Shown: positions 11,501-24,630 of the stretch, one piece after another
Numbering within the stretch: position 1 is the first letter of the stretch
Layout of the letters: each line of letters opens with the position of its first letter
Assembly (NCBI GenBank): GCA_013115145.1
Contig: JAAPAO010000107.1
Span: 11,953-75,952, forward strand
Reading direction: 5' to 3'
Length of the DNA: 64,000 nt
Origin: Perkinsus chesapeaki ATCC PRA-425
Lineage: Eukaryota > Protista > Perkinsozoa
Notes under the pieces: model-generated
Databases searched by the model: none
What the model saw: the letters and a program-made list of their open reading frames with translations, nothing else
What the model was told of the DNA's origin: nothing
Translations under genes and position numbers: made by a program

Positions 11501-13105
11501 ATGTCGGAAAAAATAGAAGATGACTTATTCTCTGACCGCGCTCTCAGAGTCCTGCCATCGCCCCTACAGGAGGAAGAAAGCCGCCAGGTCACTCGGATAC
11601 AGGACTACTTTAATCGATACGATTTGGAGAATCTTTTAACCGAACTTATGGTGGAGCTCGGCAGCCGTATGCCTGATGATCCGACTTTGTTTATGTGTAC
11701 GTATATCCAAGAATGGTTCAAATGCGTTGGAGAGACTTCGCTTAAACGCAAGGCGGCTCGTCGAGCTTCAACGGGGAGCTTTCCGGAGAGCAGCTCTGCT
11801 GGCGGCACACCAGGGCGGAGCTTGCATGAGCACAAGGCGTCCAGTCCCTGTTTAAGTTCGCTAGCTCATGATTTCTCTAATGCGGCGCTGAAGAATATGG
11901 TGATGGCTCGAGTGACCTTGGAGCTTCAGGCCGAGCCGAATTCTATCAACAGTTTTGTGAAGGAATGGATGGAAGATCCCGCCGGCAAAGTGTCCAGACG
12001 GCCGAGCTTGGCTCCTAGCAGTGTTGGAAGGAGGCGGCTCAGCACTGATAATAGCATTCGCAGTATAAATGATATGTTCGCCAGCAATTGCCCTATGGAC
12101 ACCGAGGAGTTCCCGTACCCGCAAGAAGTCTGCTGTCAAACACTGGAGGAGCTCACGTCGTGGGATCTCGATTGTCTGGCTCTGACGGAGAAGGAGCTCG
12201 CTCGGAATGCGTTCAATCTTTTCCACTGTTGGGGATGCTTTAATGAGAGTTTGGCGGGCGAGAATGTGATCCAGTTCGCGAAAGTGCAAAGTTTCCTCCT
12301 CTCTGTGGTGGCCAATTACAACGTCAACAATCCCTATCACAATTTTAAACATGCCTACTCGGTCCTGGCCGCAGTGGCACGAATTCTGAGGGTGTCCGGT
12401 GCAGATGTCTTCTGTTCGCCGATAGACGAGGTCGCCTTGCTGATCGGGGCGCTCACTCATGACGTCGGGCATCAGGGCTTCAACAACGACTACTACATAA
12501 AGAGCCGACATGCATTGGCGATTCGGTATAACGATATTGCCGTACTGGAAAATATGCATGCGGCGAAGACCTTCGAGCTGCTGCTGGATGAGGCTAACAA
12601 CTTTGTGTCGGACTGGTCAGACGAGCAGTTCGCGGAGTTCCGCAAGACCACTATTAATGCCATCTTAGCGACCGATATGAAGGTTCATTTCGACCTTACT
12701 ACGAAGCTACAGGAGCTGGGGACATCTCTTGGCGAGGTCGATTACGAGAGCCAAGAAAACCGGGTTTTGGTGCACAAATGCGTTGTCCATGCCGCCGATA
12801 TCAGCAACCCTGTGCTGCCGACGAAGCAGTATAGGGACTGGTCGTACAGGGTTATGCTGGAGTTCTATAGGCAGGCCGAGACAGAGAAGAGTCAAGGCCT
12901 TCCTTTCGCACCGTTCATGCAGCACCATCCCGATAATGAGCTGGAGTTCGCCAAGTTGCAACTTGGATTTATTAGCTTTGTGGCAGCTCCGTTGTGGAAT
13001 GCCATGGCTAATATATGGGATGATTTAAAGGGCAGAAGAGAGCAAATGGACGAGAATGAAAGATACTTTAAAAAGCTGAAGGAGGATGCTGAAGGAAGAT
13101 GCTGA
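11501..13105 (+). CDS. Class I 3',5'-cyclic nucleotide phosphodiesterase with an N-terminal RIIa/Dpy-30-like docking domain
   Basis: 534-aa ORF with YHNFKHA, HDVGHQGFNN, LENMHA, ATDMKVH, HAADISNP and Q(LGFI) PDE motifs. Confidence 0.92.
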   Translation: MSEKIEDDLFSDRALRVLPSPLQEEESRQVTRIQDYFNRYDLENLLTELMVELGSRMPDDPTLFMCTYIQEWFKCVGETSLKRKAARRASTGSFPESSSAGGTPGRSLHEHKASSPCLSSLAHDFSNAALKNMVMARVTLELQAEPNSINSFVKEWMEDPAGKVSRRPSLAPSSVGRRRLSTDNSIRSINDMFASNCPMDTEEFPYPQEVCCQTLEELTSWDLDCLALTEKELARNAFNLFHCWGCFNESLAGENVIQFAKVQSFLLSVVANYNVNNPYHNFKHAYSVLAAVARILRVSGADVFCSPIDEVALLIGALTHDVGHQGFNNDYYIKSRHALAIRYNDIAVLENMHAAKTFELLLDEANNFVSDWSDEQFAEFRKTTINAILATDMKVHFDLTTKLQELGTSLGEVDYESQENRVLVHKCVVHAADISNPVLPTKQYRDWSYRVMLEFYRQAETEKSQGLPFAPFMQHHPDNELEFAKLQLGFISFVAAPLWNAMANIWDDLKGRREQMDENERYFKKLKEDAEGRC

Positions 13106-13385
13106 ATCTTGATACCCACATCCACAGCAGCAGCTGTAGCCACACTGTCTAAAGTGATAAGTTTGCCTCACTATATAACAGCGCCGCCGCCTCAAGCGTC
13201 ATTTCTGCTCCTTGTTGTACATATATTATTTCCCTAGTGTTAGTAACGTCACACTGCCTGATGACGGCGACGTCAATAGCAATCTGCTGTTAACAGATTT
13301 GACTTGAGTTCCCGATGGGAAAAGATTCTTTGGAGGTTGATTGGTGACCCGTGGAGATTTGGAGTGATCGGTTTCATTCATTTTA

Positions 13386-14492
13386 ATGATTCACTCCAGC
13401 CGCTTCCAATCATCTTTGGATCTTCCGCGGCTTCAGCCCAAGGGTTGGGAGAGCAAGATGGCCCTATTGCAGAGGCAATTGGATTCATTGGAGAGGGGCA
13501 TGCAGTACCTTACGGACAGGCGGAGATTTACTCAGGAAATGTACTCTAGCGGGTGGAGGCCAGCGTCGATCAATCGAGAGGTCCCGAGTTCGATTCTCGC
13601 GCAGAGCGCCTATACCAGCGACTCCGTGAGCAGCTGGTCAAGTGGGGCATCTTGCGTGAGCGGTGTGACAACTGGGGTGACACGAGAGGATCGAACGGCC
13701 GAATATAAAATAGCTAATGTGATGGAAAGACCTCTGCCGAAAGCCATGGGTGAAAAAGCGGTACAAGCCGTTGTGGTAAATGAGGGTAGAAAGGCAGGAC
13801 ACGCGCCGCAGGGAAAGGAGGAGAATGAATGGCAAACAGCAGCACGGGAGTATCGGGAGAATAGGGCTTCCAGTAACGGGGAGGTTACGTTTAGACCGAT
13901 TAATAACGGTGATCACAAAGGAGAGCAGAAAGCTGTGATTGAAGAAGAACATAGGTCTTTTGCGGACATTTTAAGAGAGAAAATTGGAGGCTCCGATGAG
14001 CCTTTGGCGAATTTCGGGAAAGATGCAACACTTGTAGGCGGAGCGAAGCAGGAATTGAAGCCTATCAAAGCGGTGAGGGTGATGGTAGAGGGTGGAAGAT
14101 TCGAGTGTACAGTTGTTGGAGATAGAGGAGAGAAGGAGAATTATGAACTTATGGTAGGAATGGGAACGTCGATGTCCACGAGAATATCGTCCTCTAGCCT
14201 ATACGGACATATCCCAAATAGCCTTCTAATGCCCAGTATAGGGCAGTATCTATTCCGGTTCTGCAAGGGTCTATTCCAACTGTTCGGTATCCTGGCTGGG
14301 ATCGGAAAGTGTCATGATACTGAAATGTATTCCCACAAGTTATTAAAAGTTAAATTCTGAGTCTCCATGAAATTCTGTCGTGAAGTTATATTTTTCGGGT
14401 ATTTCATTATTAAGTTGCGGCGCTGTTGTCAGGTTCGCTACGTAGATGGCTCCACTGAGTGGGTGAGCATGAAAGAACTGTGGTTCCCATGA
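13386..14492 (+). CDS. Hypothetical protein with an N-terminal coiled coil and a C-terminal Tudor/Agenet-like barrel; two exons
   Basis: ORF 13386-14153, GT-AG intron 14154-14432, then in-frame exon VRYVDGSTEWVSMKELWFP* (14433-14492). The start may be 13458. Confidence 0.5.
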
Positions 14493-15115
14493 TGGAGTTG
14501 GCAAGATGTGTTGAGTTGGAGTTAGCAGGGCGCTTGGATTCTCAAGGGGGCATCAAACTGAGCTATTTTGAATCTTTTGGAAGTTATTTTGTATTTGAGG
14601 CAACCCCTCATAGCGAAAACGGATTGCGCAAGTTTCTTAATGAGCAAGCTGCAGGAGGCACAATCTGGGGATAGCGAGGTAGGAATCCTATGTGGTGCAA
14701 AAGATACGTTATAGCTCCTAGAAAGTTGGAATTTGGATCACTTCCAAAAACGTCTAGAATCTGTTGGAGTGTCAAAGATACATTATAGGTCAAGTTAGGT
14801 ATGATCCACCTAAAATACGATTCACCGTCCCTTTGAAATCACTTGAGAGTATGCGGAACGTTATACAACTACACTTTAGCGTTGGTATACTGTAGACTCT
14901 CAAGTTGAGAGCTCATGTGAGGTGAAGAGTCAGAAGTGATGTAGATAATAGAACCCGGGCGTGTACTTGTAGAAATATGAAAGAACGCGTCGATCCCCCT
15001 CGCTGGAGGATCCGGCTGTCCTGCCTCCTCGCTGCGGTATTATTCTGCCATTACCTTCTCTTTGTCTATTTAGATAACAGAGGCTCCTGCCCGTCTCCTG
15101 CAGCACCTGGTAGCG

Positions 15116-18100
15116 ATGCCCGATACTTCGGATGCCAGCAATTCAAGGCCGACTGTTGCCGCAGCGGCTCTGACATCCTCGGAGAGCAACATGGCTGATG
15201 ATGCTGAAAAGGAGGCGATAGTCTTGTATGATATGGCATCGAAGCAACTGGTCTCGAGGTAAAACAGTCGCAGTGTCGAAAAGAAACTGTTCGAGAGATA
15301 CAACTTCTAATATTGAACGTCCCATGTATAGAAGGGGCTTTTTATGACTTAACGTTGAACCTTTTTAAGATGCTACTACAGCGGCTTTTGATCGGCAGTG
15401 AATGACTGCTTATATCAGGTCTCTGCCGAGTGGGTTCCCCTCCGCTGATGAAGGGGATGCAGAGGGCGCTAGAGAGCACAGCTTCTCCAATAGTGGAGGG
15501 GCCATGATGAGCAATATTGCTGGCCACTGTCCTTTATGCAACCAGCGTATTACCCACACTCAATCACAGTAGTATCTTTGGCAGTATCCTCGTGAGGTAG
15601 TAGGTGTCAGATATGTGGTCCAGAACTACTTTAAAATGCTGCAATTGCTTTATCGGGCAGTGAAGTCGTCGCGGCCAGCAGCGGACTATCCGTCATCAGA
15701 GGAGGCAGACGACAGTTCAATGGGGGAGAGCTCGGAGGAAGTAGTAGGGCATCTCCCTAGTAAGAGAAATAGACGTCATAGGCATATGACCATGGTAATA
15801 AGGGTGGGTAAAGGAGGCGGGTGCCAGCTGATGATGACGGGAATGCTATTATTATTAGCATTGCTATATTATCTTCCCTCTGGTGCGCATCTTAAAATGC
15901 GAGGAAACTTGGTCCGTGACCGTCGAATATACATTTCTACGTATCGTGTTGATGGATTGTCGAAATGCACTCTGACGCCACTAGCACGCCAGTGCGGAAA
16001 AGCGCCTCTTTCTTCTATAAAACTACTTATTCGTTTTGGAGAATCGGCTACCATTTTCTCAATTTCAATATTGTTCAGGACCCCAAAGATTTCATGGCCC
16101 AAGCACCCGAGGAAATACCCTTGCGAAGAGCTAGCGGCAGAGCATCATCCGGTAGAAGTCCTACTGGAGGGTCGTCATCCTCGTCTGGATCCAACAACCC
16201 ATTTGTGAGGGCTGAGTCTGAGCTGAAGGATATACCTGTGGGGATGCTTAATAATGGATATTATGAGAGATTCTTCAAGGTGGGGAGGTACCTTGTCTTA
16301 ATAAAGAGTTCAATAGTTGTGCTGAAATATCATATTTTTATAACGGTTATTTACTACCGGTGCTCTCATACTTAAGGTTTATTGCTACACCATGCTTCAA
16401 TATATTTATCATTGGTATACTATACTTAATATTTTATATCTATACCAGCACATATTGGGCATTATATTGAGTAGACCTCATTAGTCAGACCGTAGGAACT
16501 AATAGCGAATGAGGGTAGGTAGGTTTGTGCTGGTGAGAGATAATTTCACCACGTTTCTATATCGTACCTGCTATACTTGTGTCTCTATATGACTTTAATG
16601 TTTCTCAGGAATCCCCTCAACGACTCGGTGCTGGCTCCTTCGGAACTGTATATCATTGCGAGCACGTTATCGATGGGGTAATATTTTTCTACCCCTGTAG
16701 GAATCTAATTTCCTGTTATAGGTCATGCTCGGGGATTACGCTGTAAAGAAGGTGCCAGTGGGTGATAATAGAATATGGCTGAGGAAGGTGGTTAGAGAGG
16801 TGAGAAGGGGAAGGAGGGGTAAGTAGTGGAAAAGATGAATGTGGTCGCCATGGGAAGGAAATCTTCAAGGGACTTCGCCAAATTCCGTCCGAATTTACCA
16901 CATTTTCAAAGGGTGTATTCTAGTGAGCAATTTACGGTTTTGGGCCTAGTGAAGTCCGCAGATATTCGATTACGAGATTGCTCACTTCCGTTGGGACATG
17001 TCCGTGTAGTGGTTACTTGAATCAACCCGCTTGATATATTGCTATAATACCTAGCACTGTATTTGGTAACCATTATCGAGTCACATCTGACTTGTGTCTC
17101 TGATAGTTGTATGGTCTTTACCATGAGAATACTATTCTCCGTATCATTAGCCATTGACTTGCCAGCGCTCCCCCGGGAAGCAATTGAGGGGAATCTTTTT
17201 CCTAGGTAAAGACCTTGGAAAGGATCGCTGCCCATCCAAACATAGTATCATATAAGCATAGCTGGTAGGATGGCGGCGGTATTTTGGTTATCACCGCTTG
17301 CTGGTGTTCAGGTTGGAGCTACATAGATCTAATGAGTTCTGCCCCTATGTACCACATCTCTTCATTCTTATGTCATACTGCGATGGTGGATCTTTGGCTG
17401 ATAAGATCTTTGGGTAAGAATGACTTGACTTGCTTTCTTTACGAGCTCGTCGTGTAACTGCATGCGGACATAGTTATACAGCCATCCTATCATATCCAGT
17501 TCGATTGATAATACTGATAATAGCCGTTCCATTATGTGTCCTGCTGAGCTACGTAGGCATCAGTTAATTGTATGTAAATATATCCAACTGCATACTACTA
17601 CCGTCTGTATCATAAAGTGGGGCGAGGGGAAGCTGCTGGGTATTGAAGATCTGGTACTTTTTTCGATTCAGAGCACCCGCGGAGCCGCTCCCTACAGTTG
17701 AAGCGGTGAGACTGAGGCGTCGAGGCTTGCTCAAGTTGGAAAGCGGACATGGAGGAGATTCTAACACCAATGGGAGCGGCAGCAGCCAGCAGCAGTACAA
17801 CGATCCTCATAGACTGTCTGATGGGCAGATCTGGCAATGGTTCATTGATATTACTAGAGGTCTGCAGCATCTACATCATTTAGGTGGGAACAGAAGGGGG
17901 GGGAATTTTTGTGTAACACGGCAAAGTGAAGAAGTTGGATAGCATTGTTCATCCGTAGGCCGTAAACCGTAACTCGCTGGAACTCAGAACAGTCTCTAGT
18001 AAAACCGTCATAAGGAAAGATTAACGTCTTTAAGCCTATGATACGAGACCTTCGCGCGCTCCGAGCGACTTTCGGGCTTAGGGCCTGGGTCTAAACTTTA

Positions 18101-20157
18101 GGCGCAGTTTGTCTAATAGCCTCCCTGTAACCTTCCCTGGAGGCAGCGGCCAGATCACCGATAACTGCTGGGCCGTCAAGTGAGGGCGAAGGTCGTCCGT
18201 GACGGCCTCAACCCTCAATTCAAGCACCTGCCTGGTACAGGCTGTACCGCTTTTATACCAACTGTCATTAAACATCCGAGATAGTATATCACCTATGGCT
18301 CACCCTGTTGAAGATGACGAGTGGGTCTTGACTACTCGATCCCGGGTGGAAGCTGCGACGGATCCGACCTCTGGGCCAGACTCTGGCCGCCAGAGGCTCT
18401 GTCTTAGGAAGTGAACTGGCTGCGGTTGGTGAAAGCCTCGACCTTGATTGCGTAAAGCTCGGCAGAGAATGTCGCGTTCCGAAATGAAAGTACTCTGATG
18501 GGCAATTCGCCGTTGACTCTTGATATTCTCTGACCCAAATGACCCAGTTCGCTTTGCATTCCCTTGTTGATGCATCATCTGAACTACGTTCATGGCTCTA
18601 ACTGACGAAGATATCCAACAAATCAAGGATGCTACTTTCCCGGCACCTGTCCATCATGTACAAGCTAGCTGCCTTGACAGCGACCCCTCATCTTGAGACG
18701 CTGTCTTCATCTACCTTAACGCCATGGCTGAGATCCGGCCATTCACTACGGCTAATTAGTCCAGACACTTAGTCGGGAACTAAGTTTCCTGTTGGGTTCC
18801 GAGCAGATACGATCGATCACCCAAGATCGGTGCGATCTTGCTCACTCATAGACTTAACACATTCACAGCCTAAGTCTATCAGACGCAAAATTCGTGCGGT
18901 TGTAGGGTTTTTTGGGCGCATGAGAATTTGTACTGTAAGTTTGATTTAGTTTCATACGTTCAGGAGTGCTCCATAGGGATATAAAGCCTACTAATATTCT
19001 GCTCACCTCCGATCCCGATCGTGCTGCTCGTATGGATGGTTCCCATTACACTTTAAATGGTGGATGCAAAGGCCTTCGAGCTATGGTTAGCGACTTCGGT
19101 ACGGCTGAGCTGGCTGGAGGAGGAGGGGATGCTTCGGAGTCCCATACGGGCTTTACTGGTAAGTCACATTAAATGATTCGGCTCCTGTGTTGTCGGAGTA
19201 CATGCCTAACAGTATACTTATTTAGTATTACTAAAGTATGCGTACTCGATATTGTAACTCTCACGTCCCTGGTAGCACACCACATTACAACTTGGCGATT
19301 GGAAAGAATATCATTGGATTTAAGTGGCCTTCCGTCAGGCACAGTTGAGTTCACCGCACCCGAAGTCCTTCGGGCAGCCTTCCTCGATCCTAAGAGCGTT
19401 GCTTATGATGAGCGGTGTGATATGTGGTCACTCGGTATTGTCCTCTATGCCATGTGCTACAATCGGGTAAGATCCCATTTTGCAGATGGTATCTTATATA
19501 TTCCCACTCGGCGATACCCTTCTTGGGGCCATAATTTCATACTGTAACTGTTGGACGTTCCAGGGCTTCCAGGGCTGAGGAATGGTAGCGATCTCACTAC
19601 TGTTCAGGTGCCAGTATATGACAGTGATCCTCAGAAATGTGCCGAGTTGATAAGAGATTGTGTAAGTGTTATTCTAGGCAATGACCACTATTAAAATACC
19701 CCGTAGGAGGACCTTCGTTAATACATTTAAATTTACCATACAATTGTATCATTAAAATGGTCGTTATGCAAACACTTGTGAACTTCGAACTCAGCCTAAT
19801 GTGCAGAAATACTCGGAGTAAAATGCGAGAAAGTGCACCATGCTTAATATCCGAATGGATGGTAGTTGAACTGAAAAATGCTTTTTCCCTCTGAAAAAAG
19901 CTGTTTTTTGAGCTTTCTTTCCCCCTCAGCACACTGCTTTAACCGGCCCTTCTAACCATGCTTCACGGGGTGATTTGCCAATGATGATCCAGGCCTTAAC
20001 GCAGGTAAGTTTGTAGTGTTGCAAGGTTGAAATACTTACCGAATGAACTCGGAATTTTCAGCCTGATCCCCGTCGGCGCCCGAACTGTGATGACGTGCTT
20101 GGCCAGCCGCTGGTGAAGGCTATTGCAGAGCAGGTGGCGCATCTAGCGTTCAACTGA
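15116..20157 (+). CDS. IKS1-like Ser/Thr protein kinase, multi-exon
   Basis: Exons give AIVLYD, QNYFKML, NNGYYERFF, LGAGSFGTV, YAVKKVPVGD..WLRKV, HPNIVSYKHSW, YCDGGSL, LHRDIKPTNILL, SDFG, GTVEFTAPE, DMWSLGIVLY and PRRRP. Confidence 0.85.
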
Positions 20158-20711
20158 AGAAGCTGGTTTTTTATTACAATAACATCGCCGTGTTGATCGA
20201 TTGACCGCGAATGTACTCTGATTTTCTCGTATGATCTCTCCGAGTGTATAATTATGTGAGCCGGAAGAGTTTAGTCGCCTGTTGTTGTTGACGGCGATAT
20301 TTTGAGTCTGATACCATTGGTTGATATTGCATCCTTGGAGGTCTCTCCTGTGTATACATTGTCGTTTTTTACTCAAGGATAACAAGGTCGTGTTTGCAAG
20401 CAGCTCTGGCCGGACTTAGCTATTATTTTACATAGAGCTATGACATCTATAACATTTCGATAACCGATTCACAGGCGATCGGACTTTTCTATGGCATATG
20501 AGGTATGTTATTCAACAGCCCTATCGGCAATGCACTCATACGTACCCGTACGTTGCAATCACTTGCATGAAAGGCTACCTACCACAATGCCACTCTATCC
20601 TCCGCACTGCTTATTATACGATCGCTTGGAATACAACTACTCATGTTGGGGTAATGCCGGTTGTCCCTTTTTCTGTGAGGGGATTAAAAAGCGTAGTTTT
20701 CTTTTTGTTAT

Positions 20712-21905
20712 ATGAGTCAACAAGGGGCGGAGAGTCAGGCTCGGGGATTGCTGAAGGACCTGCAGCCTTCAAGAGCAGTCCAACGCATATTGGATGGTCT
20801 TGGAGATGACGAGATCGATGCTGACTTGGTGGGAAGGGTATGCGCGAAGCTACGGCGGGAGGAAGATAGCAGAGTGCAGTGCGTTGGAGTGGGGCATATA
20901 CTCAGGATGGTTGCCAGTGACCACAAGCCTATTATTGGAAACGTTGGTGTAGGATACAGGGATCGAACCTGCGACCTCTACGATTGGCACTTTCAGTACC
21001 TATTGCCGCCGCTGTTGAAGACAGTAACCGATCCCTCCCTCACCGATGAAGTGGGCGAAGCTGTGAAGTAACAAGCTATTCCTTCTGCGTGAAATGACAG
21101 CTTCCTGGGGGGGTTTAGGTTTGATGCCTTTCGCAGCATGGAAAAGTTGCTGCAACTAGCATTACGAGCTGAACTGGAGCGCTTTGAGGTAAGTCTCGAA
21201 GACGGTAAGACATTTTGATCTGTTGTGAGTGGGCTGTCAGGTCCCTTTGATTGACGCGCTACACAACCGCACGAGCCCGTTGATCACCGGAGACTCTCCC
21301 AGTGTTATAGAAATCGCACAAGCTAGGAGCTACTGTCGATGTAGGCCGGGAAAATATCTTTTGGTCTGAGCTCCTCCTGGTCATTTCTTTCAGGTCTGAC
21401 GTCCTTGGCAGTTAGACTTCCTTCATCTCGAGAGGCTACGACAAGTCGGCTGCTGCAGTATATATCTCTGGCTCGTCCAGGAGTCATCGACGAGACTTGC
21501 GTTGATTTGGAAGCTTTGATGGCGGCGGATAAGGACGCCAGAGGCCGGCATCTCACCCGTTGGATGATATTGTGTCTTTCGCAAGTGGAGATCGCTAAGG
21601 ACCGCGAAGACTGTGATTTGGCATTGCATATTTTGTTGAAGCTGACGGAGCCTTGTGTGCGAACTAGGATAGAGTTTTACTTGGATGACATTGTGTTGCG
21701 GCTGTTGATCTCTTTTTGTCGGTTCGGTTCCACTCCCACGCTCACGCGGTGCTTGGAGGAACTGAGGGCAGCCTCGGATGAAAAGGTCTGGCACGACGCG
21801 GTCACGGATGTCCTCGAGCGATATGGCGATGAGTATGAGCGAGTTGGTGATTTTGCCGCTTTAATTCGAGCTATTCCTTCTCCAACTATCACACTTGTTT
21901 CCTGA
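20712..21905 (+). CDS. Helical-repeat (HEAT/ARM-like) hypothetical protein, weakly reminiscent of TTI2; multi-exon
   Basis: ORFs 20712-21071 and 21405-21905 are linked by short GT-AG introns and are Leu-rich and helical. The family call is uncertain. Confidence 0.4.
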
Positions 21906-22434
21906 GCCTATCGGCTCTGCGTTGAGTAGTAGCGCCTTTGGATATAATAGACAGCTGCTCGTCCTGGCAGGATGGTCCTACAAACGGTTCCTCACTTGTT
22001 GGTGACGAGTTGTTGGAAATAGGGCCAGGCGCCGTTGGATAACTTTACATCATCAGAACTCGTTTGTAGAGTGCTTCTCCATGTGAAGCTGTAGTTATAG
22101 GTCTATACTGTAATGAAACTGAACGATTAGTTTAGTTGAAATTAAACTACTAATGTATGTATTTTGTAAACATTTATACATGAAGTCACAGCGGCTTATC
22201 ACCTACATAGTGTGTGAAGGGTTAAGACCGAGGAAGATAGGATAGTTGTCTCGGATGAAGGCGTCCATAAAACAATTATTCAATCGTCATTTGTGGCGTA
22301 TGGTGTTCGGGTATTGTTTTGTGTACCCAAGTTTTAATGGGTCTCGTTTGCAGTGCACCGAGCGGCCCCGTTAGAGAACTCGCTCGTTTTATTGTAGAGT
22401 TGAATGAGCCGTGCGTCCGATTAGTTTTTAGAGT

Positions 22435-23963
22435 ATGTCTGACCGTGAAGGCGGAGGGCCCTCGGACCATGCCAGATCTTCTGACGCTCTCCTGGGAGGC
22501 TCGTCAACGGCTGCTGTCCACCACCGTCACCTAGAGCACAACCCGCCGGCTACCATTCTCCGAACCCTTTCCCAAGCTTTTACCGGTCACGCCCATCACC
22601 CCGCTGGATCGGGTCGAAATGTAAGATTTTCTTCATTATTTCATTGCATTATCATCCTCAGACGCCTGCTGTGTCCCGTGAAGGCACAGCGTCATTAGGT
22701 TCCCCACCGGACCCTAACCGTCTTACACGGTATTTCCACGCGATATCTTCTTCTGCAATATGATCACATTTCAGGAGGGAACGACAGCGGCTGGTGCGTG
22801 GCAATTTGGCGGAAGCGTTAGCGACATCTTGTACGGTGTTGGTGACAGTAAGTGTAGTTAGTCCGCCGCTACTAGTTTTTACGATGCTTAATCTTTCAGG
22901 TCGCTGTCTTTGTCCTTGTCGTTGTGTATGCGATGTACCTTTACCTCTGGGCTTGGGCTATCTGGATAGTCCTCACAAATGACAGGAAAGTACGTTACGT
23001 AACAGAACGGAGCTTCCGTTCTTCGCCTCCTATCAGCTGCTATCGGCTGCTCTTTTGTAGCTGGAGTGTGACGTGCCCTTGATGATGTGGTTGGAAGTGT
23101 ACATGCTGACCTCCTTATTTCGAGGTGTGTTACAGCGCATGGTCGAGACAGCGTATCTGAGGATCTCCTACGGCCAAGACTGGCAGCTCCATGGTGAGCC
23201 GGTCTCCATCTTAACCTTCATATCCTCACTCAGCAAACGATGATCCTGTGAAGCTCGTATTGCTCAAGGGTTTCTTGAACCTCTTTTTTCCGGCCTGGCT
23301 GATCTACGGTCAAACTCTGATAGCGACTTCTCACACATGCTCCTCTACGGACTCTTCGTTGTAATTGCCACTGTTGTATATAGCTCCATCCGCTTGATTT
23401 AAAGGTACACGTGTTCAGCCTGGTTCATCGCAGTGGGCCTTACGATATGGTGCGGATTCGGGATCGTTGCATTGTTTGGTGCGACTTTTCTACTGTGGAT
23501 GGTAGGCATACGTTTGCTCAACGGTATCCCAGATTAGTTGTACGTGTTGTGTGATCAGGTCCGTACGGGACGGTTGCGTGTGAAACAAGGAGCGTCGGCA
23601 GACGTGATTGATAAAATCCCAAGTGTTCAGTAAGCCCACAACATTTTTCCACTCCCTAGGAAATTGCGCAGGTACGATCCGAATCTTTTCACTGATGATC
23701 AAAATGCTTTGGACGCCGACCATCCACTGAATGAATGCTCCATTTGTTTTCAGAACTACTCGGACTCTTCTGATGAGATCAAGCGTAGGCTAACCCTCCA
23801 TCATCCCCAGGCAATTTGCTGTGTTTCAGATACGCCGTGTAACCATTATTTTCATAAAGATTGTCTGTCCCATTGGCTGAATACAGCTACGACATGTCCA
23901 CTTTGCCGGTTTGACTTGGAAGACCATTACCATGGCGTCCATCCAGGTCCAGATAATGTATAG
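22435..23963 (+). CDS. Multi-TM RING-H2 E3 ubiquitin ligase, multi-exon
   Basis: TM exons (CDVPLMMWL, FFPAWLIYGQ), GASADVIDKIP, then CSICFQNY...PCNHYFHKDCLSHWL...TCPLCR. Confidence 0.8.
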
Positions 23964-24630
23964 CTGCTACCCTGCTTCTAGTAACGGTTGTAACCTTTAT
24001 GCTAACAGTCACTCTCATCTACAGTCTTCTGAGCTCCAACAGAGTGTAGTGCTTGTCAATTAGCCTTATATCCTCAAATACATGGCAACGACGTAGCCAC
24101 TGAGGTTATCCCTTTGAGATACCGAGGTTGCATGCTGAAAGCGAGCATTCGCCTGAGTGATTGTTGGCCTTGCATCAAAATCCCAGTACATCGTATTCAC
24201 GAGTTCTCTGATTCACGAGTTCCCTGAAGTTAGGCTAGAACAGGTACTCCTGTACGCGGGCTCAATGCGACAGGTAAAACTATCAGCCAGAAGCCACGGT
24301 TGAGCGCATCCAGTTACTTCGCGCAGTTACCATGGCCACTCTCGCTAAAGACTATTTGTTCAGTCACAGTACCGCGCGGGAGACCGGCGTTAAGGCTCAT
24401 CTAACCTGACCTATTTGTGGCCCGTCGCCGCCCCAATTTGTTGGCCTTGAATGTGTTATAACTAACAACTACTAACCAAACAACTCGACTTCAGTGTACC
24501 CTGAACTCACTGAGCGAAACGATTCAGACACATGAGTTATCATATTGAAACTGTTCGCCTGAAAAGGTGCACCATCGATGAAGGAAATTCATAAATAAAT
24601 GACTAAGGAGCACTCCTTGAAATAATAGAA

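Noticed and set aside
11605-13143. Long antisense or alternate-frame ORFs over the PDE (similar ones overlap the subtilisins, SET and RING genes)
   Set aside because: They are shadows of real coding sequence with no independent motifs.
14154-14360. C-terminal part of the 324-aa ORF
   Set aside because: More likely intron read-through; a spliced exon gives a better domain ending.
18894-18907. gtgcg(g)ttgtaggg shared with 52125-52137 as possible TE ends
   Set aside because: Too short, with no TSD or partner terminus identified.
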